64,000 nucleotides of DNA from an uncultured Porphyromonadaceae bacterium (GCA_947177405.1 CAMWUJ010000003.1:13427-77426), one strand, 5' to 3'; positions 38,077-50,100 are shown, numbered from the stretch's first letter. Made by a program: numbers and translations. The notes: generated from the letters alone by a model not told the origin.

Positions 38077-39573
38077 TTATATCCTGAATTTATTGATACA
38101 ATCGATATAGGCTTCCACCGATGCTGCCACAATATCCGTGTTCGCACCGAATCCATAATACACATGACCGTCATATTCCACCTGCATATGCACCTTACCC
38201 ACATCATCGCTACCCTTGCTTATTGCCTGAATAGTGAATTCCTTCAGAGTCATCTTACGATTGATTATCTTCTTGAGTGCCTTGATAGCCGCATCCACCG
38301 GACCATTTCCACTTGCTGAATCCTCAAAGTTCTCTCCTGCTATATTCAGACCGAGACTTGCCACTGATCTCACACCCACCCCGCTTGTGACCTGAAGATA
38401 ATCAAGTTTGATGCGATGATTATCCGTGCGGTCGGCTCCGGCAAGAAGCAATATGTCATCATCGTTGATATCTTTCTTCTTATCGGCAAGCTTAAGGAAA
38501 TCCTGATAGATTTTATCGAGTTTCTCCTGATTAAGCTCGATTCCAAGAGCATTAAGGCGACTCTTGAGAGCTGCCCGTCCGCTACGCGCTGTCAACACAA
38601 TGGAATTGTCATCGATGCCAACATCATGAGGATCTATAATCTCATAAGTCTGCACATTTTTAAGCACACCGTCCTGATGAATACCTGAAGAATGGGCAAA
38701 GGCGTTTCTTCCCACTATAGCTTTGTTGGGCTGAACAGGCATATTCATCAGACTCGATACCATGCGACTCACAGGATAAATCTTCTGCGTATTGATATTG
38801 GTATTGATACCAAGCTCCTTATGACATTTGAAAATCATGGCTACCTCTTCGAGGGAAGTGTTTCCGGCCCGTTCACCTATACCATTTATTGTCACCTCCA
38901 CCTGACGGGCACCGTTGAGCACGCCTGCCACAGTGTTTGCAGTAGCCATTCCCAAATCATTATGACAATGGGTGGAGATGATAGCTTTGTCGATACCATC
39001 CACATTTTCCATCAGATAGCGTATCTTCTCTCCATACTCAGAGGGAAGACAATAACCGGTGGTGTCAGGGATATTAATCACGGTAGCTCCGGCCTTGATC
39101 ACAGCCTCAACCACTCTTGCAAGATATTCATTTTCAGTGCGACCGGCATCTTCAGCATAAAACTCCACATCCTCCACGAATCTCTTGGCATATTTCACAC
39201 ACGCGATCGCTCTCTCAAGAATCTCCTCGCGTGTGGAGTTGAATTTATAGCGGATATGGGAATCAGAGGTGCCTATACCGGTGTGGATACGTTTTCTCTT
39301 TGCATATTGCAGCGCCTCGGCAGCAACCTGGATATCTTTCTCCACAGCGCGCGTAAGGGCACAGATTGTGGGCCATGTCACGGCCTTTGAAATCTCTATT
39401 ACTGAGTTGAAATCGCCCGGACTTGACACAGGGAATCCTGCCTCTATCACGTCCACGCCAAGACTCTCAAGACTACGTGCAACCTGGATTTTTTCTACTG
39501 TATTCAACTGGCAACCTGGCACCTGCTCCCCATCTCGGAGTGTGGTGTCGAAAATAAATAATCTGTCACTCAT
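38077..39573 (-). CDS. leuA: 2-isopropylmalate synthase
   Basis: [22 protein letters not shown], and the C-terminal LeuA dimerisation/regulatory domain. Confidence 0.95.
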   Translation of the reverse strand: MSDRLFIFDTTLRDGEQVPGCQLNTVEKIQVARSLESLGVDVIEAGFPVSSPGDFNSVIEISKAVTWPTICALTRAVEKDIQVAAEALQYAKRKRIHTGIGTSDSHIRYKFNSTREEILERAIACVKYAKRFVEDVEFYAEDAGRTENEYLARVVEAVIKAGATVINIPDTTGYCLPSEYGEKIRYLMENVDGIDKAIISTHCHNDLGMATANTVAGVLNGARQVEVTINGIGERAGNTSLEEVAMIFKCHKELGINTNINTQKIYPVSRMVSSLMNMPVQPNKAIVGRNAFAHSSGIHQDGVLKNVQTYEIIDPHDVGIDDNSIVLTARSGRAALKSRLNALGIELNQEKLDKIYQDFLKLADKKKDINDDDILLLAGADRTDNHRIKLDYLQVTSGVGVRSVASLGLNIAGENFEDSASGNGPVDAAIKALKKIINRKMTLKEFTIQAISKGSDDVGKVHMQVEYDGHVYYGFGANTDIVAASVEAYIDCINKFRI

Positions 39574-39658
39574 GCTTAAACCGGGTTTTATGACTCAGAC
39601 CTAATCTAATTTTTACCTTTTGGAGCACTTATGCTCCTTGTCTCATCAGAGAAGTGTG

Positions 39659-39666
39659 CAAAGTTA
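39659..39666 (-). promoter_or_regulatory. candidate -7 box TAACTTTG for the leu operon
   Basis: Matches TAnnTTTG on the minus strand, about 85 nt upstream of the leuA ATG and just downstream of the cysK terminator. There is no clean -33 TTTG. Confidence 0.35.
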
Positions 39667-39694
39667 TAAATAATTTCCATAATATGAAAATAAA

Positions 39695-39720
39695 TGGACA
39701 GAAATTTAAATTTCTGTCCA
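39695..39720 (-). terminator. cysK intrinsic terminator
   Basis: TGGACAGAAAT-TTAA-ATTTCTGTCCA (11-bp stem), followed on the minus strand by TTTATTTTC. Confidence 0.65.
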
Positions 39721-39774
39721 TTTATATTTCATTTTGCTAAGGATTTCTCAATTCCGGCAGCCGAAATGTTGTAA

Positions 39775-40719
39775 TCAGAGTGGATATTCCTCGAAAGCAT
39801 AAAGGATGGTCGAGAGATATCTCTCTCCCGTATCCGGAAGAAGAGCGACAATGGTTTTTCCCTTATTCTCTTCCTTTCTTGCTTCTTCCAGAGCTGCAGC
39901 CAAGGCGGCGCCGGAAGAGATACCAACAAGAAGACCCTCCTTTCGTGCCATCATCCTTGATGTGCGTATGGCTTCGTTATCGCTAATCTTGACAATTCTA
40001 TCCACTACTTCACGATTGAAATTCCCCGGAATAAAGCCCGCCCCGATTCCCTGGATTTTATGTGGTCCGGGATTTTCACCCGATAATACTGCCGAAGTCT
40101 CCGGTTCGACTCCTATAGTCAGGATCCCGGGATTATGCTTCTTCAGTGTTTCCGAGGTTCCGCTTAATGTGCCTCCGGTGCCAACACCTGCCACGAATAT
40201 ATCCACTTCACCATCTGTGTCGCGCCAGATCTCTTCCCCCGTGGTTCGGCGATGCATTTCGGGATTTGCTGGATTTTCAAACTGCTGTAGAATCACCGAC
40301 CCGGGATTCTCATCCTTCAGTTGCTCAGCCTTAGCTATCGCTCCCTTCATACCTTGACTTCCCGGTGTGAGCACAAGTGTGGCTCCTAAAGCCTTAAGCA
40401 GGTTCTGACGCTCCACACTCATGGTTTCAGGCATGGTGAGGATTAGGCGATACCCTTTTACGGATGCAACCCATGCGAGACCGATACCTGTGTTTCCACT
40501 TGTAGGCTCAATGATTAGGCCTCCGGGAGAAAGAACTCCCCTCTTTTCCGCGTCTTCTATCATGGCAAGCGCTATCCGGTCTTTCACGCTTCCTCCGGGA
40601 TTAAAATATTCTATCTTTACAAGCACTCTTGCTTTGAGTCCTTCAGTATCTTCAATCTTTTTAACTTCAAGCAGGGGGGTATCCCCTATAAGTTGAGTCA
40701 AATCCTTTGCTATTTTCAT
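39775..40719 (-). CDS. cysK: cysteine synthase A (O-acetylserine sulfhydrylase)
   Basis: GGSVKDRIA (PLP Lys), [12 protein letters not shown] and [10 protein letters not shown]. Confidence 0.95.
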   Translation of the reverse strand: MKIAKDLTQLIGDTPLLEVKKIEDTEGLKARVLVKIEYFNPGGSVKDRIALAMIEDAEKRGVLSPGGLIIEPTSGNTGIGLAWVASVKGYRLILTMPETMSVERQNLLKALGATLVLTPGSQGMKGAIAKAEQLKDENPGSVILQQFENPANPEMHRRTTGEEIWRDTDGEVDIFVAGVGTGGTLSGTSETLKKHNPGILTIGVEPETSAVLSGENPGPHKIQGIGAGFIPGNFNREVVDRIVKISDNEAIRTSRMMARKEGLLVGISSGAALAAALEEARKEENKGKTIVALLPDTGERYLSTILYAFEEYPL

Positions 40720-40828
40720 AAGTATTTGAAAAAATATTATTATACGTATGCATCTTGACTATTTTTGATAAAACAATCAGAAATAAATTTCTATCATAAA
40801 AAGAGATGGATAATAACCAAAAAAATAA

Positions 40829-40865
40829 CTGCACCCCTAAGTATTTTTCTACTTCAGGAGTGCAG
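40829..40865 (-). terminator. imperfect hairpin plus T-run downstream of the C10 protease gene
   Basis: On the minus strand, CTGCACTCCTGAAGTA..TACTTAGGGGTGCAG is followed by TTATTTTTTTGG. Confidence 0.5.
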
Positions 40866-40910
40866 CTACATTATATACAAGCTAATCACAATCTTAATAG
40901 TATGATAGCA

Positions 40911-43199
40911 TCATTTCACCACCATTACCTTGTATGACTTATTGCCGGTGCGAACAATATATACACCCGATCCTAAATAAATAGATTGACCGGGAATAAG
41001 TGTTGCAACCTTGCCACCTTGTGACGAATAGACATTAAATGCCAATCCACTATCAGAAGATTCCACAGTAAGTCTGCCATTATCAGTGGTTATCTTCAAA
41101 TCTTGAGTATTGACCACTAAGTCATTTACACCGGCATCCTCTGCATCCTCCTTGAATTTGCCAAATGCACTCCAGAGAGGATGATTACGGTATAGGTCAG
41201 CACAGCCGGCAGGTACATGTAAGGTAGCATTACCCACACTGCAGCTGATTGTCCATTCATAATATGTCGGCAAACTTGCCTCATCCTTCCAGTGCACATA
41301 GACATCTTTCAATCCGGTGCAAGAAATAGTTTCGGAAGGAAGATCAGTCAGAGTCTCGGGGAGATCAAGAAGATTAATGTCTCCACGGAAAGCACACAAT
41401 CCCAAGTTTTCCAATCCTTTCGGGAGACGTAGTTCCGGTACGATACATGCGTTGAATGCCCATCCGCCTATGGTCTTGAGTCCTGAATCTTTGGCAAACT
41501 GAAGGTTATTTATTTCACAATCGCAGAAAGAAGCAAAAGCAAGTTCCCTTACATTCTTCCCAATTATCATATTTTTGATATTCATTGAATTTTTAAAAGC
41601 ATTTTCTCCTATGACTGTCACAGGAATCATGCTTCCTTCATATTCAATCTCTGCGGGAATTATGACATCTCCTTCATAGCAGTTGCCGCGATTGTTGCGG
41701 GAAGTTACCATTGCCTCTCCGTTTTCAACTCTATAAAATACACCGTCTCTTTCAAATACCCCTTCATCTGCAACACCGCCGATTCCGACATTTGTATATG
41801 TTTTCACACCATTCTTTACCTCTACCTCCACATGATTGGAACAGTTGTCGGCAAAGCATACCTTATCCCATTTGGAATCACCGGCAACTCTATAAACAGG
41901 ATAAAGATTATAAGTACCATCAGGAATAACATCTGAAAAATTGAAAACCCCGACGTAAAAATCCGGCTGATTTTCAAATGTCTGTTTCTGAATATACCGA
42001 ATTTCATTTGTTTGTTTGTTTTCCACGGCCAAAGATACTTCCATATCAGCGTTAACCCCCATACTTATTTTGCCTTCGATCGAGCAACTGATATCATCAC
42101 CGTGAGTCCATTTGAAATCGTCACCAGAGCCGGCCCAAAGACCGGGCAAGCCACCCTGATCCGGTTTTATGGAAATAACAAGAGACGGATTTGCATCAAA
42201 ACCTGTTGCCGTTGATAAAAGGTATCCATTATTATAAGGACCCCAGCCGAAATTATAATGGAAATATCCATCTCCATCATATCCGTCACACACGAAAGCA
42301 TGTGCACCTCCTGAAGAACCACCTTGAACAAATAGAGGTCGCCCTGCATCTATCTCTTCCCGCATCAGGCGTTCATAGTCTGCACGTGAACATAAATTAC
42401 GTTCAACACAGCGCAAGCTTTTGTCATAACCAAAGCACTTTGTGAATCTATCCAGAATGAAACCGGCACCAGTTGCACTTCCGAAATAAGAATGATTGCA
42501 TATGGCAAGATCATAAATAAATCCGGCCACGGCATCCCGCTCAGCCTGAGTTTCTTCGCCATTATATTGCGGCTTCATCAAATCCCACTTATATTCGGAT
42601 TTGCTGAAATCGGCGGAATATTCCACATCCTGCAAGGTATAGGAGTAACTACCGTTTCCTCTTTGAGGATGTTTGTGATAGCGCATTATCTGTCCGACAG
42701 CGATATTGGTGCATCCCGCCACAGATTTTATGCCATCTATTACCGGACACAAGTCATTGTATGGTTCATACTGATCCCAAGATATCTCTCCAAGAAGAGG
42801 AAGGACACTTTTACCAGTACGTGTAGGAGATGAAACTTCACGTTGCCTTACTCTCAGCGAATTAATTCCTTGTGCATATTCATCAAGCATCCAACGCGCA
42901 CCGTCAGAAAGATTATCAAGTTCGAAACAACCTTGATCGGAATATCCCAAAACTTGTTGGGAAAGTCCATTATCAGCAGCAACAAGCACCCATCCGCCAT
43001 CAGGATTATTGATTATATAGATGGCGTCTTTATACTGCTCTACAGACAGATTTGTAAAATCTAACCTTGACCGAGTATTTATACGGTTGGAAAGAAAATC
43101 TTCTGCAATCTCCCGTGCCTCTTCGGGCATGATCCTTTCTGCCATTACTGAAGATAATCCGGCAGATAAAAGGAAGGCAGAAAATAAAAATCGATTCAT
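40911..43199 (-). CDS. C10-family (streptopain-like) cysteine protease with BspA-type leucine-rich repeats and a T9SS C-terminal domain
   Basis: Signal peptide, an Spi-like prodomain (EEAREIAEDFLSNR), catalytic Cys AGCTNIAVGQIMRYH, and catalytic His GAHAFVCDGYDGDGYFHYNFGWG. LRR units AF..C..L follow, and the tail is GSGVYIVRTGNKSYKVMVVK. Confidence 0.8.
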   Translation of the reverse strand: MNRFLFSAFLLSAGLSSVMAERIMPEEAREIAEDFLSNRINTRSRLDFTNLSVEQYKDAIYIINNPDGGWVLVAADNGLSQQVLGYSDQGCFELDNLSDGARWMLDEYAQGINSLRVRQREVSSPTRTGKSVLPLLGEISWDQYEPYNDLCPVIDGIKSVAGCTNIAVGQIMRYHKHPQRGNGSYSYTLQDVEYSADFSKSEYKWDLMKPQYNGEETQAERDAVAGFIYDLAICNHSYFGSATGAGFILDRFTKCFGYDKSLRCVERNLCSRADYERLMREEIDAGRPLFVQGGSSGGAHAFVCDGYDGDGYFHYNFGWGPYNNGYLLSTATGFDANPSLVISIKPDQGGLPGLWAGSGDDFKWTHGDDISCSIEGKISMGVNADMEVSLAVENKQTNEIRYIQKQTFENQPDFYVGVFNFSDVIPDGTYNLYPVYRVAGDSKWDKVCFADNCSNHVEVEVKNGVKTYTNVGIGGVADEGVFERDGVFYRVENGEAMVTSRNNRGNCYEGDVIIPAEIEYEGSMIPVTVIGENAFKNSMNIKNMIIGKNVRELAFASFCDCEINNLQFAKDSGLKTIGGWAFNACIVPELRLPKGLENLGLCAFRGDINLLDLPETLTDLPSETISCTGLKDVYVHWKDEASLPTYYEWTISCSVGNATLHVPAGCADLYRNHPLWSAFGKFKEDAEDAGVNDLVVNTQDLKITTDNGRLTVESSDSGLAFNVYSSQGGKVATLIPGQSIYLGSGVYIVRTGNKSYKVMVVK

Positions 43200-43332
43200 A
43201 GTAGTGGAGTTTAATTATTTAAATCGCTTATTTATCTCATATTAATTTTGTTAACACTGCAAATATACTCTAAATTATATATACTTCCAAAACTGTTCGA
43301 AAAAATTTTTCTTATGAAATATAAAGTGAAAA

Positions 43333-43363
43333 AGGCTGTCTAACATTCTATGCCAGACAGCCT
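43333..43363 (-). terminator. intrinsic terminator of the minus-strand amylase gene
   Basis: AGGCTGTCT-N13-AGACAGCCT, followed on the minus strand by TTTTTCAC. Confidence 0.6.
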
Positions 43364-43416
43364 CCTCGAAATTGAATTAAATCAATATATAAAGTAAATC
43401 GGTTAAGTTTAGTTTG

Positions 43417-46400
43417 TTATCTTATAACTATTTTCTTGGATTTTTTACCCTTAACCACGATATATATTCCGGGTCCGGGATTTGTGACACGTACACCCTG
43501 AAGATTATAGATTTCAGCCGGGGCATCCTCATCGGAATATACTGTACCTACTCCCAATTCCTGACAATTATGGTCATTGGTGTCAAAGCCTCGGTTTCCG
43601 GTGCCTGTATAAACCTTTCCATGAACAGGAGTGATATCATTGGTCTGATCGCCATTTCCATTGTTAAATACCACACCGGTTGTTCCTTCAGGAAGAGCGA
43701 AGTAATAATGACCGCATGTATGTTTAGTCATACTTTCTCCGGGCCAGCTTGAAGCAGAACTTCCACCCCAGTAGTGAATTTTTACATCGTTCCAATGAGT
43801 CTTGCTGTCATCGTAATATACCACGAAATCACCTGCAGGATCTTCGTTACCACCACCATTTACTTTTTTGGTGAAAGTGACATTTCCTGTCTTAACATTG
43901 CCTTCGCTGTTGGTAGCCGACCAGCTAACAATAACCTGGTCACCATCCGACATACCGGCACCGATCTTGAACTGAGCGGTAGAAGTGAAGTTCTGCTGCG
44001 CACCGTTGCCAATCTTATACCATGAGGATACTGCATTCTTGGCAGTGGCAGTCACTGTTATCTCTTCTTCTGAGAATGTACCTCCATTGGGAGAGAAAGA
44101 AACCGTTGCTACGGGAGTAACGTCACCACCATCCACTTTGTTAGCGGTAGAACCTCCATCATATTCATAATATACATCTGAATCTATACCTGTTATATCT
44201 CCGGTCTGATTGCCACCATTATTAAATATACAGCTTACAACCTCAAGATCATCCACGGTGAAGGAATAGAAGTCACCTACCTTATCCAGCGAATTGATTG
44301 CCTTTCCGGGCCAAGCGCCGGCCGGTTCTTTTTTAACACCGTTATCCTCACCCCACACATATATGTTACCACCATTAGGAGCTTTCACATATATAGTGAT
44401 AGCGGCATTGGGATCGACTTTCTTATATGTCACGGATCCGGTTTTCTCAGCACCTTCTTCATTTACGGCACCCCAGCTTACGCTTACGGTCTGACCGTAA
44501 TTCATACCGGCACCGATAGTAAAAGTGCTTGTGGAGTTGGAGGGTGAAAGGTTAACGCGGTTCTGGCCGGCAACTTGATACCATCCACTGACTGCGCCTT
44601 CGGCAAGAGAGGCAGTCACAGTCTGGGTGTCAGTTTTGAATGTGCCTCCGTTGGGAGAGAATTTAACCGCTGCCACCTTGGGTCCTACTGCATCTTCATT
44701 AGTATAATAATGTGTGGTACCTTTATCTGTGAATGATACGCTTCCTCCGTGTGACACAGGGGCTGTATCATAAATAAACTTACCATGTTCTCCTACCATA
44801 GGTTCGCTTCTGTCCCAATCTTTAACGAGCACACGGAGCTGTCCCTGTGTCTTGGGAGCAGTCACTTTAATTGTGCCGCCACCCTGATAAGTCTTACCGG
44901 TAACGATGTCAGTATAAGTTCCTGCAGGGACGTTACTGAAAGTTGCACCACCGTTTACCGCTACAAGAGCGTATGAATCCTTGTAAGCACGTTTAAATGC
45001 CCATCCTCCATCTGCCGAACATCCGTCCCATGTATATTGTCCTTTACGGAGAGCCGGAACAGCCTGACGAATCTGGTTTAGACGGCGAATATGCTGTGAG
45101 AGGTCTCCATTCAAAGTCTTAGCCATATTGCCTTGAGGATTGCTATACACACCGAATTCATCTCCTACAGATACTGATCCTTCAAGGTATTCACCAAAGT
45201 ATGCGCGACCGGAGTTCATCAATGCAAGTAGCGGGCCTTCATCAATCTTAACACCCTTCTGGAACTCGACCTCAGATCCGTAGTAAATACAAGGAATTCC
45301 GCGGAAGGTGAACATCATTGAAAGGTTTTCGGCCCATTGTGAAGTGCCACCGGTGAATCGTGTTCCGTCACTTGGACCAGGGCCATAGTCGTGAGAGTCA
45401 ACATACACCACATTCCATGAAGCATCATTATAGTAATGGTCTCCCTCTTTTGCCACACGCACTGCCTCACCTACATTATTAAAGTTATAATGCATCGGGA
45501 AATCGATAACATTGAAACCGGAAGCCTGAGAATAATCGGGCTCATGCCATGCGCCATTCTTCATGAAAACATTGTCTGAATTGTGAGCGGTGCTCGGATC
45601 TTTAGTACATGTAACCATATTTCCAAGAGGAGCCGCACCCTCGGGCACATTTTGCTGTGCCCACCAATCAGCGTCATATTGCTTCCACTCATTTATCAAG
45701 GCGGGATCTGATTTCCAAGTATAATAATGGCTTGAGAGCACATGTTTTCCCTGATAGATCACCTGAGAATAACGCGCACAACACTCGCCGAACATATAGA
45801 ACGGTGTGCTTCCATGATTCAAACGCTTGCTCTTACCTTCAGGTGACTCCGAGATTTCGATAAACTGAGGGATGAAAGCAGCATTGAAAGTCAGAGGAGC
45901 GATATGGCCGGTGGTATCAATACGGAAACCGTCAACACCCATCTTGATAAACTTGCCATAGCAGTCCACAATATATTGGGTCACAGCGGGATTCTCCGTG
46001 TTAAGGTCAACACAGTCTCCGGCTATCTGTCCCCACCATCTTGTCTGATCATCCCAGTTCCAACCCTGACCTACATGATGCCAATAATTGTTGGTGTCAT
46101 GATTCTGGCCATCAGTATTTTTTAAATACTTGAATCGTTCGCTATATTGCGTTTTGGCTCCTTCATTAGGCAGATCCCAGTATGACTGACCGCCAAGCTT
46201 CTCCTCGTCAGGAATCATACACTTTGTGATATCCGATTGATTCTTGATATTCTGGTCGCGCTCAAAGAGTTTACAGAATTTTGCCTCTCCAAAATTTCCT
46301 GTATGTTGAAGCACAATATCAAGAATAATTTTTATCCCCTTTGCATGTGCAGCATCAATAAGGTCTTGAAATTTCACATCCTTCTCGCATCCCCATTCAG

Positions 46401-46788
46401 TGCGGCTTTCATAACGTAAATCCACATTGGAGAAGTCCATAGCATGATATCCATGATAGTCAAATCCGGAGGCATTTTGCACGATAGGAGTGATCCATAT
46501 GGCTGTGAATCCGAGAGCCTTGATATAATCAAGTTTCTGGATCAATCCTGCAAAGTCTCCTCGCCACACAGGGTCATTGTTCTTTATCTGGTCGGCCTGA
46601 CCATCCCAGGATAATACATTGTTCATCGGATCACCGTCGTAGAATCGGGTGGTCATCGCGAAATAAATCGTCTCGTCACGGAAATCTGTGCGCTGGTTAA
46701 GGTAGTCACTTTGAGCATAACCGCTTAAAGGGATCATTGAGCTACCTGCCAGAACAGCAGCCGCAATCCATTTACTGTAAAGTTGCAT
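43417..46788 (-). CDS. GH13 alpha-amylase with tandem accessory and starch-binding modules and a T9SS C-terminal domain
   Basis: GH13 regions GFTAIWITPIV, GFRIDTTGHI, YMFGECCA and VVYVDSHDYGP. Two repeats of an FSPNGGTF Ig-like module plus a CBM25/26-like module (WPG..IFNNGG.QT.DI) follow. The tail is IYNLQGVRVTNPGPGIYIVVKGKKSKKIVIR. Confidence 0.9.
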   Translation of the reverse strand: MQLYSKWIAAAVLAGSSMIPLSGYAQSDYLNQRTDFRDETIYFAMTTRFYDGDPMNNVLSWDGQADQIKNNDPVWRGDFAGLIQKLDYIKALGFTAIWITPIVQNASGFDYHGYHAMDFSNVDLRYESRTEWGCEKDVKFQDLIDAAHAKGIKIILDIVLQHTGNFGEAKFCKLFERDQNIKNQSDITKCMIPDEEKLGGQSYWDLPNEGAKTQYSERFKYLKNTDGQNHDTNNYWHHVGQGWNWDDQTRWWGQIAGDCVDLNTENPAVTQYIVDCYGKFIKMGVDGFRIDTTGHIAPLTFNAAFIPQFIEISESPEGKSKRLNHGSTPFYMFGECCARYSQVIYQGKHVLSSHYYTWKSDPALINEWKQYDADWWAQQNVPEGAAPLGNMVTCTKDPSTAHNSDNVFMKNGAWHEPDYSQASGFNVIDFPMHYNFNNVGEAVRVAKEGDHYYNDASWNVVYVDSHDYGPGPSDGTRFTGGTSQWAENLSMMFTFRGIPCIYYGSEVEFQKGVKIDEGPLLALMNSGRAYFGEYLEGSVSVGDEFGVYSNPQGNMAKTLNGDLSQHIRRLNQIRQAVPALRKGQYTWDGCSADGGWAFKRAYKDSYALVAVNGGATFSNVPAGTYTDIVTGKTYQGGGTIKVTAPKTQGQLRVLVKDWDRSEPMVGEHGKFIYDTAPVSHGGSVSFTDKGTTHYYTNEDAVGPKVAAVKFSPNGGTFKTDTQTVTASLAEGAVSGWYQVAGQNRVNLSPSNSTSTFTIGAGMNYGQTVSVSWGAVNEEGAEKTGSVTYKKVDPNAAITIYVKAPNGGNIYVWGEDNGVKKEPAGAWPGKAINSLDKVGDFYSFTVDDLEVVSCIFNNGGNQTGDITGIDSDVYYEYDGGSTANKVDGGDVTPVATVSFSPNGGTFSEEEITVTATAKNAVSSWYKIGNGAQQNFTSTAQFKIGAGMSDGDQVIVSWSATNSEGNVKTGNVTFTKKVNGGGNEDPAGDFVVYYDDSKTHWNDVKIHYWGGSSASSWPGESMTKHTCGHYYFALPEGTTGVVFNNGNGDQTNDITPVHGKVYTGTGNRGFDTNDHNCQELGVGTVYSDEDAPAEIYNLQGVRVTNPGPGIYIVVKGKKSKKIVIR

Positions 46789-46890
46789 ATGTATAATTTA
46801 GATAAGCCAAATTCGTCAAGGTCGTTTTCATGAGTTTTTCTTCAAGTTTTTCTCCACAACACAACGAATTCTAAAAACAAAAATTTTTCG

Positions 46891-46898
46891 CAAAATTA
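46891..46898 (-). promoter_or_regulatory. candidate -7 box TAATTTTG for the minus-strand amylase
   Basis: CAAAATTA on the plus strand is TAnnTTTG on the minus strand, about 100 nt upstream of the ATG at 46788. Confidence 0.3.
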
Positions 46899-47047
46899 AT
46901 ATTTTTTTCATAATCAATATTTTCAAATTTTATGTTATACAACATATTTATTAAACATACCCATCTTATACAACTAAAATACAACGACTTATAAAGAAAA
47001 TACTTTACCTTTATGTTTCACTTTTTGCATACTCTCTATTTTATTTA

Positions 47048-47055
47048 TAACTTTG
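47048..47055 (+). promoter_or_regulatory. candidate -7 box TAACTTTG for the plus-strand amylase
   Basis: Matches TAnnTTTG, about 87 nt upstream of the ATG at 47142. Confidence 0.3.
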
Positions 47056-47141
47056 CTTGGGTAATTGGATTAACCGGTCAGTTGAATAATGTTTTAGGTC
47101 TATCCGGTTAAAAAAGGCTTAACTTTTAAATTTATTATTAC

Positions 47142-50100
47142 ATGAATCATTTACGTAAATTTGTATGCGGTGCCGTAATAGCTTCCTCAGCAATGGCTTC
47201 GCTTGCAGCTACTTTCGTAGGAGATCGTACAGATTTTCGCGATGAGACCATCTATTTCGCAATGACCACACGATTCTACGATGGTGATCCCGACAATAAT
47301 GTGTATTGCTGGGACGGTGTCAACAATGTGAAAGATCCGGAATGGCGTGGCGATTTCAAAGGTCTGATTGAAAAGCTTCCTTATATCAAAGCACTCGGAT
47401 TCACGGCAATATGGATCACTCCTGTGGTGGAAAACGCTTCAGGGCTCGACTATCACGGTTATCATGCGATGGATTTCAGCAAGATTGACCACCGATATGT
47501 GGATAAAAATGCTGATGCGGCACAGGCTGATGTGGCATTCAAGGAGCTGATCGATGCCGTGCACGCACAGGATATGAAGATTATCCTCGATATCGTGATC
47601 CAGCATACCGGAAACTTCGGAGAATCACATCTGGCTCCGATGTTCAAGAAAGATTATACCAAAGACCTCGCCAATATTGAGGAATCTATGATTCCCCTCA
47701 CCAAAAGCACAGGTGGTATCCTGCCTGACAACTATGCCAATCTTCAGCCTGCCGCTCAATATGCAGCCCGCCTTGACAATATGAAGAATACGGATTATCA
47801 GAACCATGATATCCATAACTATTATCATCATAAGGCATGGTTTGACTGGGACGATCCCTCTCGCTGGTGGGGCCAGATCGCCGGAGACTGCGTAGATCTT
47901 AATACCGAGCATCCCGGTGTGTCACAATATATCGTGGACTCTTACGCACGACTAATAAAGATGGGGCTCGATGGTTTCCGCATCGACACAGCAGGACATA
48001 TCCCCCGTCTTGCTTTCAATAAAAACTTTATCCCTCAGTTCCTTGAGGCTTCTGAATCTGATGAAGCCAAGAGAAATCGCGGCAATAATCCTTTCTTCAT
48101 GTATGGTGAGGTTTGCGCTCGTTCTATGGAGGTGATCTATCGAGGTGATAACTACAACTGCTCTCCCTGCTATTATACATGGAAGGAAAGCAAGGATTAT
48201 CCGTGGGATTATGATCCCAAATCATGGGACTCCATTGTAGCTATTCCTACTCAAACCGAAGGATCTCAGGATTATGAAACCGTAAGCGGACACACCAACT
48301 GGGATTCCTGCAACCAATCTGCAGTTGATGATAAAGGGCATGCGGCTTCTATATTGAAGAAGAGTGATAACCATAAACTTAATGGCAATGAATATCACAC
48401 CCCGGATCATTCAAAACATTCCGGTCTGAATGTTATTGACTTCGCCATGCACTGGAATTTCAACTCGGCATCCGGAGCATACGGCGTGCGTACTCAGGAC
48501 GACCTATACAACGATGCCACTTATAACGTGGTGTATGTGGATTCCCACGACTACGCTCCCGACAGCAACTATCGATTCAAGGGCGATCAGGGCACTTGGG
48601 CCGAAAACCTTTCCCTGATGTTCACATTCCGTGGTATCCCCTGTCTTTACTATGGATCTGAGGTAGAATTCCAGAAAGGAAAGGATATTGACAAGGGTGC
48701 TATTCTCGCTCTTAAGGAAACCGGACGTGCATATTTCGGCGGTTATATTGAAGGAGAGGTGCAAGGCCTGACCGACTTTGCTGAATACACCGGAGCAACC
48801 GGCAATATGGCCTCTACCCTCTCGTATCCTCTGGCCCTTCATATCCAGCGTCTTAATAAGATTCGTGCTGCGGTTCCGGCTTTGCGTAAGGGACAATACA
48901 GCAACGATGGTTGTTCAGGTAAATTCGCTTTCAAACGTCGTTATACCGACGACAAAGTGGATTCATACGCTCTTGTCACAATGTCGGGTGACGCCACTTT
49001 TACAGGCGTGCTTAACGGTCGCTATGTGGATTGTGTAACCGGTGACGTGCAGAATGTAACCGATGGTAAACTCACAGCAAAATGTACCGGTAAAGGAAAC
49101 CTCCGTGTATATGTGCTCGATACTGATAAAACCAAAGCTCCCGGAAAGGTTGGCGAAGATGGTAAATATCTTTATGCTTCCTCTCCCGTGACCGGCAACT
49201 GGGTGGAATGGCCTGATGAGACCATGCCTGATGAGACCTGGACCGTGAAACCCAATACCGGTGGTGGCGGCGGTGGCAACAATGATATCGAGGAGCCGGA
49301 AAATCCCATCGAGCCCTCTATGGCTCAGGGAGAACAGGCGGTTTTCTTCGAAGTTGACGCCGAGGGCGAACACGCATGGAAGGGTGTAAATGTGTATGCA
49401 TGGAATGGCGGCACACAATATGCCGGTGCATGGTCAGGGACCGCCATGACTTATCTTGGCAAAAACGTCTATAAATGGACTTATACCGGCTCAGGAAAAA
49501 TTCCTGAGACAGCCCAGGTGATTTTCAATAGCGGTGGCAAACAGACCGCCGACCTTAAATGGGTGAACGGTGGTTACTATAAATACTCCGGATACGTGAA
49601 AACCATTGAGGGAGCAGGCGATATTGAGGATGATCCGATTATTCCTACCGATCCCACCACATACACTGCTTATTTCGATAATACTGCCGGCAACTGGTCT
49701 TCTGTCAAGGCATGGGTATGGGATGAAAACAACGGCAACAAGAATTATACCGGCAACAAATGGCCCGGCCAGGATTTGTCACTTGATCCGGCATCGGGAT
49801 ATTACAAGTATAGCTGTACGGTTGAGGATGCTAATCCGAAAATGATGATTATCTTCAATGACGGTTCTAAACAGACCGCTAACCTTGAGTTCGTCCACAA
49901 TGGAATATATAATGCCGATGGATTCACCAATAATTATATGGCTGATACAGGCGTTAAGAATGTTGACCTCACCGGTATCCGGGTATATGTTTCTAACGGA
50001 TCCCTTGTGATCGAATCTGACCGTCTTGTAACCATTCCTGTGGTTCGAGTGGATGGTATGACTTCCAACATCACCGTGGGTGAAGGAAAGACATCAGTGG

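Noticed and set aside
39574-39700. A Leu-rich leader peptide and attenuator upstream of leuA, by analogy with the trp leader.
   Set aside because: The only short ORF (MEIIYNFAHFSDETRSISAPKGKN on the minus strand) has no Leu run and overlaps the candidate promoter box. The GGAGC..GCTCC hairpin at 39623-39638 has no U-tract.
40085-40105. A tRNA T-arm-like string, GGTTCGACTCC.
   Set aside because: It lies inside the cysK coding frame with no acceptor, D or anticodon arms around it. I found no tRNA or rRNA signatures elsewhere in the intergenic regions I scanned by eye.
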